From: Acutalibacteraceae bacterium
GTDB lineage: Bacteria > Bacillota > Clostridia > Oscillospirales > Acutalibacteraceae
Reading direction: 5' to 3'
NCBI GenBank assembly: GCA_051881575.1
Contig: JBJEQD010000105.1
Location: 4,316 to 68,315 of the forward strand
DNA length: 64,000 bases
The translations under genes were made by a program, and so were the position numbers. This document shows, piece by piece, positions 35,563-44,771 of the stretch (position 1 is the stretch's first letter; each line of letters starts with the position of its first letter). A model generated the notes under the pieces. The model was not told the origin of the DNA and did no database searches. It worked only from the letters and a program-made list of their open reading frames with translations.

Positions 35563-35910
35563 GTAGGGAACGCCGTCCTCGGCGTTCCGTGGGATTTAAT
35601 ATGTTTTCACGGACAGCCGCAAGGCTACGAATTGTTTTTCATTTTGTAGTGGACGATGCCCACATCGTCCAAACGAACTTTGTTTCATTATTCGCCTGCG
35701 GCGAATTGGTTCGTCGGGGACGCCGAACCCTACGGATTTTTGTGAATTTGTCCGTTTTCAGGTAGCAATCGTAGGGGACAGTCACCCGTCCCGCATAAAA
35801 ACCGTGCCATTGTTCTTATGTTTTACCGGAACGCTGGGGACAGCGTTCTCTACGAGGACTTTGTGCATTTTCGGGTTCTTTCAGGCGGGCGAACACAGTT
35901 CGCCCCTAAC
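35563..35910. repeat. Second GTAG-REP cluster, homologous to 16512-17018
   Basis: 31-bp identity at 35563 vs 16512; 41-bp identity at 35700 vs 16736; seven units. Confidence 0.85.
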
Positions 35911-36051
35911 GATATTGTCACTGATTTCGGCTGTTTTTTCATAACACCGAAGACGGAATTTCTGCATTTCAATGCCGGAGAAATAAATCCGCTACGACAT
36001 GGTGGAATTTTGCGATTTGAAACAAAATCGGAATTTGGAGGTCACAAGGAT

Positions 36052-36675
36052 ATGAGACAAAAATATACATTCTTTGATGGCGGTACAATAGAATTTGATG
36101 ACACAAGAAGCGTGAAAGAACTCATTGCATACGCTTTCGATTGCTTTGGGTATTATGAGCCATTTGGCATTGATGTAGTATCATTGTTTCAACCTCATCA
36201 CTCTAAAACAGATACCGGGTGGTTTACTACTGATATCAAACGAAGTTGTGCAGATGAAATAGAATATCCGAATGAATTGTGTTTTGCGTATTATCTTCCT
36301 GACACATTCTATTTTGCTGAAGGTGGCTGGGGGCACCATATGAATGATCTTGGTAACCATCCCGTAATACCTAATCCGATTTCTCTTAGGATTAGATTTG
36401 ATGGATTCGATAACACGGTTATAATTAACGGTAAATATTGCTTCCATGATATCATTAATGCTTTGATAAGAACCGGTTATATATCCGATAAATGTAAATC
36501 TTTGAAAGTGTTACCCGTAGGTTGTGCCAATAAATCTTATTCCATCCCCTTTTCCGATCCTATAATGAGATTCTCGCTAACAGATTTTGAAAAAGCTATC
36601 CAACAGTATAATTCAAAATACATCAAGTCAGAACAAGGCGATTGCATATACCATGAAATTTTGCAAATTTGCTAA
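36052..36675 (+). CDS. Hypothetical protein (207 aa)
   Basis: Open AT-rich frame from MRQKYTFF with SD-like GGAGG/AAGGA; the ORF-track extension to 35818 runs through REP DNA and is unlikely. Confidence 0.6.
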   Translation: MRQKYTFFDGGTIEFDDTRSVKELIAYAFDCFGYYEPFGIDVVSLFQPHHSKTDTGWFTTDIKRSCADEIEYPNELCFAYYLPDTFYFAEGGWGHHMNDLGNHPVIPNPISLRIRFDGFDNTVIINGKYCFHDIINALIRTGYISDKCKSLKVLPVGCANKSYSIPFSDPIMRFSLTDFEKAIQQYNSKYIKSEQGDCIYHEILQIC

Positions 36676-36889
36676 TAAACACTACAACCAAAAAAATGTT
36701 AAACTATTAATATAAACAATCTATTGAGCAACATAGCTGACAAAAAATATATTAATAATTTTGACAATGTGATATATACAAAAAGGAAAATACATTTCAG
36801 CTTTTGACATTATTGCAAGATATGATAAAGCAAATAAGCATTCTAGAGAACGAACTTTCAAAACTTCCAATTCGTGAGGTATTAACAAT

Positions 36890-37234
36890 ATGCAAAACAA
36901 CAGAGAATTTTGGGAAGCATTGGATGAACTGGTAGCCAATTCGGAAATTATAATTGACAGGCCAAAAGGAACTGCACATCCCAAGTATCCCGATTTCATT
37001 TATAAAGTTGATTACGGATATCTGAAAGATACATCATCCATGGACGGTGCAGGGATAGATGTATGGGTTGGAAGCGGCGAAAAAAAGATTGATGCGATAA
37101 TGTGTATTGTTGATTTGATAAAAAAGGATTCGGAAATCAAAATACTGATTGGATGCACGGAAGAAGAAAAGAAAATAATATATGAAACACATAACGAAAC
37201 CCGGTTTATGAAAGGTGTTTTAATACGCCGATAA
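36890..37234 (+). CDS. Small inorganic pyrophosphatase-like protein
   Basis: IIDRPKG..HP.YP.FIYKVDYGYL..T.SMDG.GIDVWVG. Confidence 0.8.
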   Translation: MQNNREFWEALDELVANSEIIIDRPKGTAHPKYPDFIYKVDYGYLKDTSSMDGAGIDVWVGSGEKKIDAIMCIVDLIKKDSEIKILIGCTEEEKKIIYETHNETRFMKGVLIRR

Positions 37235-37275
37235 ATTCCGCTTTATTAACAAGTATTCGGAAAGGAGGAGCCCGA

Positions 37276-37668
37276 ATGTTTTCTCCGACGCCTTTCGGCA
37301 CGATGCTTAAACAGCTGCGTGAAGAAAAAGGTCTGTCGCAGGGTGAGCTTGCCGAGGAGCTGAACAAAACAGCTCAGTACATCAGCAACATCGAAAAAGG
37401 CAAAAACAATGCGCCGCCAAATGAGCACGATTTGCAGCTTTTGATAAAAAAGCTTGGTTTGATGGGCGATGACGCCGAAAAATTCAGGATGCTCGCCTAT
37501 GCCGACCGTGGCATGCTTCCGCCCGAAATGTTCAGCTATGTTTTTGAACGGCCGTCGCTTATCGGGCTTATCCGCTGTGCCATGAACAATGAAATCTCCG
37601 AAGATTATTGGAACTGTTCAATCAAAAAAATAAACAACGCCGACATAATCGGCAGAAAGGAAAACTGA
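37276..37668 (+). CDS. XRE-family helix-turn-helix regulator
   Basis: LKQLREEKGLSQGELAEELNKTAQYISNIEKG. Confidence 0.85.
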   Translation: MFSPTPFGTMLKQLREEKGLSQGELAEELNKTAQYISNIEKGKNNAPPNEHDLQLLIKKLGLMGDDAEKFRMLAYADRGMLPPEMFSYVFERPSLIGLIRCAMNNEISEDYWNCSIKKINNADIIGRKEN

Positions 37669-37669
37669 T

Positions 37670-39091
37670 ATGAGCCAAACTCCCGATTATGTTAAATATG
37701 CCGCTTCCGTCGTTCCGAGCGAACGGCAGATAAAATGGCAGGAGCTTGAATTCTATTCATTCATTCATTTCGGAATGAACACATTCACCAATTCCGAATG
37801 GGGCAACGGCAACGACGACCCCGAGCTTTTCAACCCCGAAAAGCTGGACTGCCGCCAATGGGCGAAGGTCTGCCAGCTTGCGGGAATGAAAGGCATGATT
37901 CTGACTGCAAAGCACCATGACGGCTTCTGCCTTTGGCCGACTGCCTACACGGATTACTGCGTTCGTTCAAGCCTCTGGAAAGACGGCAAGGGCGATGTTG
38001 TTGCCGAATGTGCAAAGGCTTGCAAAGAATTCGGCTTGAAATTCGGCATATATCTTTCGCCTTGGGACAGGCACGAGGCAACCTACGGCTCGGGCGAAGC
38101 GTATAACCGTTTCTTCAAAAATCAGCTTCGTGAGCTTCTGACCGCTTACGGTGATATCTTCTGCGTTTGGTTTGACGGAGCGTGCGGCGAAGGCCCCAAC
38201 GGCAAGAAACAAGAATACGATTGGGAGGGCTATTACAAGCTCATCCGTGAGCTTCAGCCCAACGCAACCATTAATGTCTGCGGCCCCGATGTCCGCTGGT
38301 GCGGCAATGAGGCGGGCGTTTGCAGAAAGAGCGAATGGAGCGTCGTTCCCTATTGGCATTCAAACTATGAGCTGATTAACGCCGCAAGTCAGAGCGATGT
38401 TTCAAAGCCGCCTAAAAAAATAAATCCCACCGCCCTTGATCTGGGCAGCAGGAAAGCAATTAAAAAATGCAGCAAGCTGATTTGGTACCCCGCCGAGGTC
38501 AACACCTCGATAAGAAAAGGCTGGTTTTATCACGCCGACGAGGATTATTCGGTCAAACCGCTCTCAAAGCTTATGGAAATTTACTATAACTCGGTCGGTT
38601 CAAACGCCAATTTCCTTTTGAACATTCCCCCGACACCCGAGGGAAAATTCCACGAAAAGGATGTTGAAACCCTGCTCTCAATGGGTGCTCAGCTTGAAAT
38701 AGATTTCAACGAAAATCTTGCCGATGATTCGATAATGACGGATAACCGCCATCTTGACGAAAAGCACACGGGTCAGGCGGCTCTCAGCCATGACCCCGAG
38801 GATTACTGGCACTCGGGCGACAATCCCGAGGGCGCAGAGCTGATTCTTGACCTCGGAGACGACTATGATATCGATAAAATCGTTCTCGGAGAGCATATCA
38901 GAACGGGTCAGCAGATTGAAAAATTTTCGCTTTATGCTGAAATCGACGGAAAATGGAAAAAAATATTCTCGGGAACGATTATCGGCTACAAGCGTATCTG
39001 CCGCTTCAAGGAAATGAGAATTCAGCGCTTCAAGCTCGTCATTGAGCAGGCAAGATGCTTTGCAACAATCGCAAAATTTGAGGCTTATTAA
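37670..39091 (+). CDS. Alpha-L-fucosidase (GH29) with C-terminal F5/8-type domain
   Basis: FIHFGMNTF, LTAKHHDGFCLWPT, YLSPWDRH, VWFDGA, SIRKGWFYH. Confidence 0.92.
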   Translation: MSQTPDYVKYAASVVPSERQIKWQELEFYSFIHFGMNTFTNSEWGNGNDDPELFNPEKLDCRQWAKVCQLAGMKGMILTAKHHDGFCLWPTAYTDYCVRSSLWKDGKGDVVAECAKACKEFGLKFGIYLSPWDRHEATYGSGEAYNRFFKNQLRELLTAYGDIFCVWFDGACGEGPNGKKQEYDWEGYYKLIRELQPNATINVCGPDVRWCGNEAGVCRKSEWSVVPYWHSNYELINAASQSDVSKPPKKINPTALDLGSRKAIKKCSKLIWYPAEVNTSIRKGWFYHADEDYSVKPLSKLMEIYYNSVGSNANFLLNIPPTPEGKFHEKDVETLLSMGAQLEIDFNENLADDSIMTDNRHLDEKHTGQAALSHDPEDYWHSGDNPEGAELILDLGDDYDIDKIVLGEHIRTGQQIEKFSLYAEIDGKWKKIFSGTIIGYKRICRFKEMRIQRFKLVIEQARCFATIAKFEAY

Positions 39092-39429
39092 TCCCACTCT
39101 TTCCAGATTTCGGGGCAATAGCCGACGGTTGCCTGCTTACCGTTGCGGACAATCGGGGTTTTGAAAAGCTCGCCGTGTTCGAGCAGCTTTTCCTCAACCG
39201 CCTCTTTGCTTGCAAGATATTTGATAAAATGCTTTTCGTAAGCCTTTGATTTTTCGTTGATAAGGGCTTCCATTGAGCCGACAGCGGCTTTGACGCTGTT
39301 GTATTCACCCTTGCTCATGCTCTTTTGAGAAAGGTCGATGAATTGAAACTTGATTCCCCTCTCCTTGAAATATCTCTGCGCTTTTTTGGTGTCAAAGCAT
39401 TTATTTGTTCCGAAAATCTGTATATTCAT
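39088..39429 (-). CDS. ArsC/Spx-like arsenate reductase family protein
   Basis: MNIQIFGTNKCFDTKKAQRYFKERGI, KTPIVRNG. Confidence 0.85.
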   Translation of the reverse strand: MNIQIFGTNKCFDTKKAQRYFKERGIKFQFIDLSQKSMSKGEYNSVKAAVGSMEALINEKSKAYEKHFIKYLASKEAVEEKLLEHGELFKTPIVRNGKQATVGYCPEIWKEWD

Positions 39430-39458
39430 TAATATCACTCCGTTTTTGGTATAATACT

Positions 39459-40799
39459 ATGGTAATAAATATTCCTCAACAAGTCAATAGAGCAATAAAA
39501 ATTCTTTCTTCATGCGGTCATTCGGCTTTCGTTGTCGGCGGGGCTGTCAGAGACATGCTCATGGGCGTTTCGGCTCACGATTGGGACATTGCGACCTCCG
39601 CTCAGCCGAGCGAAACCCTTGCCGCTTTCAAGGATTTCAGAACGGTTGAAACGGGAATCAAGCACGGAACGGTCACGGTTATTATCGATGGAATGAGCCT
39701 TGAGATAACCACTTTCCGAATTGAAAAAGGCTATTCCGATAACCGACATCCCGACAAGGTTGAGTTTGCCTCGGATATCTGCGAGGATCTCTCACGGCGG
39801 GATTTCACCGTTAACGCCATTGCGTATTCCCCCGAATCGGGCTTCGTTGACCCGTTCGGCGGCAAAGAGGATATTGAAAGTCAAATAATCAGATGCGTCG
39901 GAGAAGCGGACAGGCGTTTCGGCGAAGATGCGCTCAGAATTCTTCGTGCATTGAGGTTTTCGGCAACTCTCGGATTTGAGATTGAGGCTGAAACGGCGGC
40001 AAGCATTCACAGAAACTTCAGGCTTTTGGAGCATATTTCCTCCGAAAGAATATTTGTTGAAATGTCGAAGCTTCTCTGCGGCAAAAACGCAGGCAAAATT
40101 CTTAGAGAATATGAAGATGTGATTTTCTTCATCTTCCCTGAGCTTCGGGCGATGAAAGGCTGCAATCAAAATCACGAAAGGCATATTTTCGATGTCTGGG
40201 GGCACACGGTCAAGGCGGTTGAAACGGTAAGTCCCTCTCCCGAGCTACGCTTCGCCATGCTTTTTCATGATTCGGGAAAGCCCGAATGCAAGACAACCGA
40301 TGAAAACGGAGTTGACCATTTTTATTCTCACGCAAAAAAAAGCAGAATTATTGCTTATAATATTTTGACAAGGCTCAAAACCTCGTCAAAATTCCGTGAA
40401 CGGGTTTGCAATCTCGTTGAATATCACGATGTTCTGCCCGATAAAATAAGCAAAAAGACCTATAAAAAATATATTTCCCTGCTCGGATTTGAAACCGTAA
40501 AACAGCTTTTTGAGGTTCGTGCCGCCGATGTTTCGGCTCAGAACCCCGCCTTTTTGAACGAAAGCCTGAAAGCAAACGAAAAAGGGCTTGAAATTCTCGG
40601 CGATATTGAAAAAGAAAACGCCTGCATGAAGCTCGGCGATCTTGCAATCGGCGGAAAAGAGCTTGAAAACCTCGGATTCAAGCCCTCGCCCGAAATGGGA
40701 AAAATTCTGAATATTCTCCTTGACGAGGTCATGGAAGAAAAACTTGAAAACACTAAGGACGCTCTGCTCGGCAGAGCCATACAGCTGAAACAGCGCTGA
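39459..40799 (+). CDS. cca: CCA tRNA nucleotidyltransferase with HD domain
   Basis: VGGAVRD, DWDIATS, DLSRRDFTVNA, EDALRILRALRF, HDSGKP. Confidence 0.92.
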   Translation: MVINIPQQVNRAIKILSSCGHSAFVVGGAVRDMLMGVSAHDWDIATSAQPSETLAAFKDFRTVETGIKHGTVTVIIDGMSLEITTFRIEKGYSDNRHPDKVEFASDICEDLSRRDFTVNAIAYSPESGFVDPFGGKEDIESQIIRCVGEADRRFGEDALRILRALRFSATLGFEIEAETAASIHRNFRLLEHISSERIFVEMSKLLCGKNAGKILREYEDVIFFIFPELRAMKGCNQNHERHIFDVWGHTVKAVETVSPSPELRFAMLFHDSGKPECKTTDENGVDHFYSHAKKSRIIAYNILTRLKTSSKFRERVCNLVEYHDVLPDKISKKTYKKYISLLGFETVKQLFEVRAADVSAQNPAFLNESLKANEKGLEILGDIEKENACMKLGDLAIGGKELENLGFKPSPEMGKILNILLDEVMEEKLENTKDALLGRAIQLKQR

Positions 40800-40810
40800 A
40801 AGGAGCCGCT

Positions 40811-41860
40811 ATGGAAACCGTAAAGATTGAAAATGCACAGGAATTTGACAGCTTTGTCCGTTCTAACCCGAAAGGTCACATGATGCAGACCTCGGCATGG
40901 GGAAAGGTCAAAAAGGAATGGGAATGGAGAGGCTTTATCAGCCGTGACGAAAGCGGAAAAATAAAAGGCGTTTGCGGAGTTCTGCTCCGTCAGATACCCA
41001 TGACGCCGTTCAAGATGATGTATGCCCCGAGAGGCCCCGTCTGCGACCTTGCCGATAAAGAAACCGTCACCGAGCTGCTCACCGCAGTTAAGGAATACGG
41101 CATCAAGAACAAAGCATATACTTTTAAGATTGACACCGACACTCTCGCCTCAAACACGGAATATATCAGCCTGTTAAAGGAACTCGGCTTCACCTTCAAG
41201 GATCATAATGCCGCTTTCAACACGATTCAGGCAAGATACATTTTCAGGCTTGATATTGCAGGAAAGACCGAAGAAGAGGTCATGGCTTCGTTCCACCCCA
41301 AAACCCGCTACAATGCCCGCCTTGCGGCAAGAAAAGGCGTAACCGTTGAAATCAAGGGTGCGGAAGCCTGCGAAGAATTTCACGATCTTATGCTGATAAC
41401 GGGCGAAAGAGATAATTTTGCAACCCGTGACGCTTCATATTTCCGCAGAATCATGGACGCATTCGGCGACGACGCAAGGATTTATCTTGCCAAATACGAG
41501 GGCAAAACCATTGCGGGCGCATTGAATGTTATCTGCGGCGACAAGGAGTGGTATGTCTACGGCGCAAGCTCCAACGAATACCGCAATGTCATGCCGAACT
41601 ACCTTGTTCAATGGGAAATGATACGCTGGGCAATCGAACGGGGCTGTAATTATTATGACTTCAGAGGCGGCTACCCAGACGAGAACAACCCCCTGCACGG
41701 CATTTTTAAATTCAAAAAAGGCTTCTGCAACGACTACATGGAGCTCATGGGCGAAGCGGATCTGATTATCAACAAATTTGGCTTTAAAGCTGTTGACGCC
41801 GCTCAGAAGCTTGCAAAATCAACCCGTGGAATCCGTGCAAAGATAATCAACCGCAAATAA
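40811..41860 (+). CDS. FemABX family peptidoglycan bridge aminoacyltransferase
   Basis: MYAPRGPV, KTRYNARLA, YVYGASS, PNYLVQWEMI, YDFRG, KFKKGF. Confidence 0.9.
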   Translation: METVKIENAQEFDSFVRSNPKGHMMQTSAWGKVKKEWEWRGFISRDESGKIKGVCGVLLRQIPMTPFKMMYAPRGPVCDLADKETVTELLTAVKEYGIKNKAYTFKIDTDTLASNTEYISLLKELGFTFKDHNAAFNTIQARYIFRLDIAGKTEEEVMASFHPKTRYNARLAARKGVTVEIKGAEACEEFHDLMLITGERDNFATRDASYFRRIMDAFGDDARIYLAKYEGKTIAGALNVICGDKEWYVYGASSNEYRNVMPNYLVQWEMIRWAIERGCNYYDFRGGYPDENNPLHGIFKFKKGFCNDYMELMGEADLIINKFGFKAVDAAQKLAKSTRGIRAKIINRK

Positions 41861-41920
41861 TCATCGCTTCACAAATCAGACAACTACGAGTCAGAGACAT
41901 TCTTTGACTGCTCAAACCTC

Positions 41921-41972
41921 CATAAAATCATTGGGGCAGCGTCGGCTTCGGCGCTGCCCCGATGATTTTATA
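41921..41972. terminator. Bidirectional terminator between the fem gene and rarA
   Basis: ATAAAATCATTGGGGCAGCG...CGCTGCCCCGATGATTTTAT long stem. Confidence 0.75.
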
Positions 41973-41980
41973 ATCTTTAT

Positions 41981-43249
41981 TTATGGCTTTTTCTTTATTC
42001 TTGACCAATATTCCTTGGCGGCCTGTTCATTTTTGTTGTCGCCGAATTCGTAGTATTTTTTATTTTTCAGCGCATCGGGCAGATACTGCTGTTCGACCCA
42101 ATGACTCGGAAAATCGTGGGCATATTTATAAAACTGCCCTTTGTTTTTGTTATCCTCGCCGTCATAGTGCATGTTCTGGAGCTGACGGGGAACGGGGCCC
42201 GTTCTGCCTGCCGATACATCCGCCATCGCCTCATTTATCGCATTATATGCCGAGTTGGATTTAGGGCTGTTCGCAACCAGCACCACGGCATCGGCAAGCG
42301 GAATTCTCGCTTCGGGCAGGCCGAGCATCATTGCCGAATCAACCGCCGCCTTGACTATCGGAATTATCTGAGGATAAGCAAGCCCGACATCCTCGCAGGC
42401 GCAGACAAGCAGCCTGCGGCAGGCGGAAACAAGGTCGCCCGCTTCAAGCAGCCGTGCAAGATAATGCACCGCCGCATCGGGGTCTGAGCCACGCATCGAT
42501 TTCTGATAAGCGGAAATAATGTCGTAATGCTCGTCGCCGTCTTTATCATAGCGCATTGCGCTTTTCTGAGTCAGCGCTTTTGCATTTTCAAGCGTTATCA
42601 GCTTTTTGCCGTTATCCGAATTTGCCGAAAGCACGCAAAGCTCAACGCTGTTCATCGCCTTTCGGACATCGCCGCCCGCCGCCGAGGCAATGTGAGAATA
42701 AACTCCGTCCTCAACGGAATACTCCTCTCCCCTGTCCTCAGCCATAAAATCAAACGCTCTTTTGACGGCTTTTTCGATTTCAGCGGGGGTAACGCTCTTG
42801 AATTCAAAAACCGTGGAGCGGCTCAGAATTGCGCTGTAAACATAAAAATACGGATTCTCCGTGGTTGAAGCAATGAGAGTAATTGCTCCGTTTTCGATAT
42901 ATTCAAGCAGGGTTTGCTGTTGTTTCTTATTGAAATACTGAATTTCGTCAAGATAAAGCAGAATGCCGTTCGGCGCAAGAAAGGTGTCAAGCTTTGCGAC
43001 AACCTCTTTGATATCCGCCGTGCCTGCGGTCGTTCCGTTGAGCTTAACAAGATGGCGGTCGGTCTTTTTCGCAATTATGCTCGCAAGCGTCGTTTTGCCG
43101 ACCCCGGGAGGGCCGTAAAAGACCATGTTGGGCAGCTCGCCGGATTCGATAATATTTCTCAGCGGCTTGCCCGTGCCGAGCAAATGGGTCTGACCGACGA
43201 TATCTTCAATTGTTTTCGGGCGGAGTCTTTCCGCAAGCGGAGCCGACAT
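41981..43249 (-). CDS. rarA: Replication-associated recombination protein A (MgsA family)
   Basis: PLAERLRP, GPPGVGKTT, DEIQYFNK, TTENPYF, KSMRGSDPDAA. Confidence 0.93.
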   Translation of the reverse strand: MSAPLAERLRPKTIEDIVGQTHLLGTGKPLRNIIESGELPNMVFYGPPGVGKTTLASIIAKKTDRHLVKLNGTTAGTADIKEVVAKLDTFLAPNGILLYLDEIQYFNKKQQQTLLEYIENGAITLIASTTENPYFYVYSAILSRSTVFEFKSVTPAEIEKAVKRAFDFMAEDRGEEYSVEDGVYSHIASAAGGDVRKAMNSVELCVLSANSDNGKKLITLENAKALTQKSAMRYDKDGDEHYDIISAYQKSMRGSDPDAAVHYLARLLEAGDLVSACRRLLVCACEDVGLAYPQIIPIVKAAVDSAMMLGLPEARIPLADAVVLVANSPKSNSAYNAINEAMADVSAGRTGPVPRQLQNMHYDGEDNKNKGQFYKYAHDFPSHWVEQQYLPDALKNKKYYEFGDNKNEQAAKEYWSRIKKKP

Positions 43250-43276
43250 AAAAAATCACTGCTTTCTGAGATGCTG

Positions 43277-43732
43277 TCAAAGTTTTGAAACTGCCGAAGA
43301 ATATTTTTCGGTAATGATAAGATAAATCGTGCCGTCCGAGGCTTCGGCAACCTCGCTTTGGGCGGTTTTTGCGTAGTTTTCGGGCGAATATGACTGCGTG
43401 TTGCTCTTGACGCTTTCAAGATAGGTTTCGAGAGAAGCAATAACACCCGCCTTGTCTGCGCCGTCTTTCAGCCTGATAAGAATAATTGCGTCAGCGTTGA
43501 TATCGGGTTCTGCCGCTTCGGCAAAAACATATTCCTCAAACCGAGAAAGGTCAACGCCGAACAGCGTTTCAATCAGGCTGTCGGGCATGACCGACATTTC
43601 GGGCATACCGTCCGAAGCCGAAACGGATGCGTAAATTTCACTCAGCGGTTTCCGGGCTTCTTTGCCCGTGCAGGAAGCAAGCAGGCAAAGGCAGACCGCC
43701 GCCGCAAGAAAAACCGAGATAACTCTCTTCAT
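43277..43732 (-). CDS. DUF4358-like lipoprotein
   Basis: Lipobox LLASC; LFGVD..FEEY, YSPENYAK. Confidence 0.7.
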   Translation of the reverse strand: MKRVISVFLAAAVCLCLLASCTGKEARKPLSEIYASVSASDGMPEMSVMPDSLIETLFGVDLSRFEEYVFAEAAEPDINADAIILIRLKDGADKAGVIASLETYLESVKSNTQSYSPENYAKTAQSEVAEASDGTIYLIITEKYSSAVSKL

Positions 43733-43747
43733 AACAAACTCCTCCTT

Positions 43748-44623
43748 TTATTTTGCGCCGAGCCTTTCAGCCCAGATTTCATATGCGCCGTTGCCCTGAT
43801 GAATAAAGCCGTCGCTGCAATACTTGCCGTCAAGGGCATATTTTTCGTTTTGCAGACCCGACATAATGTCTATATAGTCAAGCCGTTCATCTTCAAGGCA
43901 GATAAGCTTCATATTGTGGTTGAGGTTCGCAAGATTGAGATTGTTGAGATTCTTTTTCTGCGCCTGCTCAACCATAAAGGTTGTGCTGACAATATAAATA
44001 TGAATATTCGGGTCAACGCCCCAAACGGAGTTTATCAGCTTGCAGTAGTTTTTGACCGTGCCCTCAACTCCGAATCCCGAAATATCGTTTATTCCGAGAC
44101 AGAAATATATATTCTTCGGCTTAATCTCCTCAACCGCTTTGAGAAGCGGAGTTTCTTTGCCCTTATAAATCGGATGCTTGAAGCCCTTATCCGCCGCCAT
44201 GCTTTTGCTCAGAGCATAGTGCACGGCATATGAGCCTGCGGTCAGAAACACGGTTTCTTTCATTATACCCTGCTTTGCACAGTAGCGTGAAAAACCGAGC
44301 GATACGGAATCGCCGACAAAAACCGAATCGGACAAGTCGGGCTTTTCGGTTGTTGAGCCGACGGGAGTGCCCGTTGATTCCTCAGAGGAATAAATAATTA
44401 TTCTTTCGGGGAATGCAAGAGTCAGAAGCTCAGTCGGCTTTTCGGTTTGTGAAAGCGTTTGCGGCTGAGATTCTCCGACCGTTGACGGCACAAAAGCAGA
44501 ATACTCCGCAGTCACCCTGTTCTGACGCCGTGAAGCTCCGATTTCATAATATCCGATTTTAAAAGCGACTGCACACAACACCAATACCGCAAAAAATACC
44601 GCTGTTTTTGCAAGCGTTTTCAT
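43748..44623 (-). CDS. SGNH/GDSL family protein with N-terminal anchor and Ser/Thr-rich linker
   Basis: FVGDSVSLG, LGIND, SDGFIH. Confidence 0.75.
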   Translation of the reverse strand: MKTLAKTAVFFAVLVLCAVAFKIGYYEIGASRRQNRVTAEYSAFVPSTVGESQPQTLSQTEKPTELLTLAFPERIIIYSSEESTGTPVGSTTEKPDLSDSVFVGDSVSLGFSRYCAKQGIMKETVFLTAGSYAVHYALSKSMAADKGFKHPIYKGKETPLLKAVEEIKPKNIYFCLGINDISGFGVEGTVKNYCKLINSVWGVDPNIHIYIVSTTFMVEQAQKKNLNNLNLANLNHNMKLICLEDERLDYIDIMSGLQNEKYALDGKYCSDGFIHQGNGAYEIWAERLGAK

Positions 44624-44771
44624 CTGATACCCTCCGAAAAATCGCTTTTCTCATTTTTCAGAATTAAATTATAGCATAAAGACTTAAACTTGTCTATACT
44701 TTCCCGTGCTTTACATTTCGGAGAATTAATGTTATAATAGTATTATTATACTGAATGCGGAGAGCTTTTGC

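Noticed and set aside
35818-36051. N-terminal extension of the hypothetical gene
   Set aside because: It runs through REP hairpins; SD-like sequence lies just before ATG 36052
36700-36878. Frameshifted pseudogene fragment (…NIADKKYINNFDNVIYTK / GKYISAFDIIARY…)
   Set aside because: Short, very AT-rich, no start or recognisable family; cannot be told from chance
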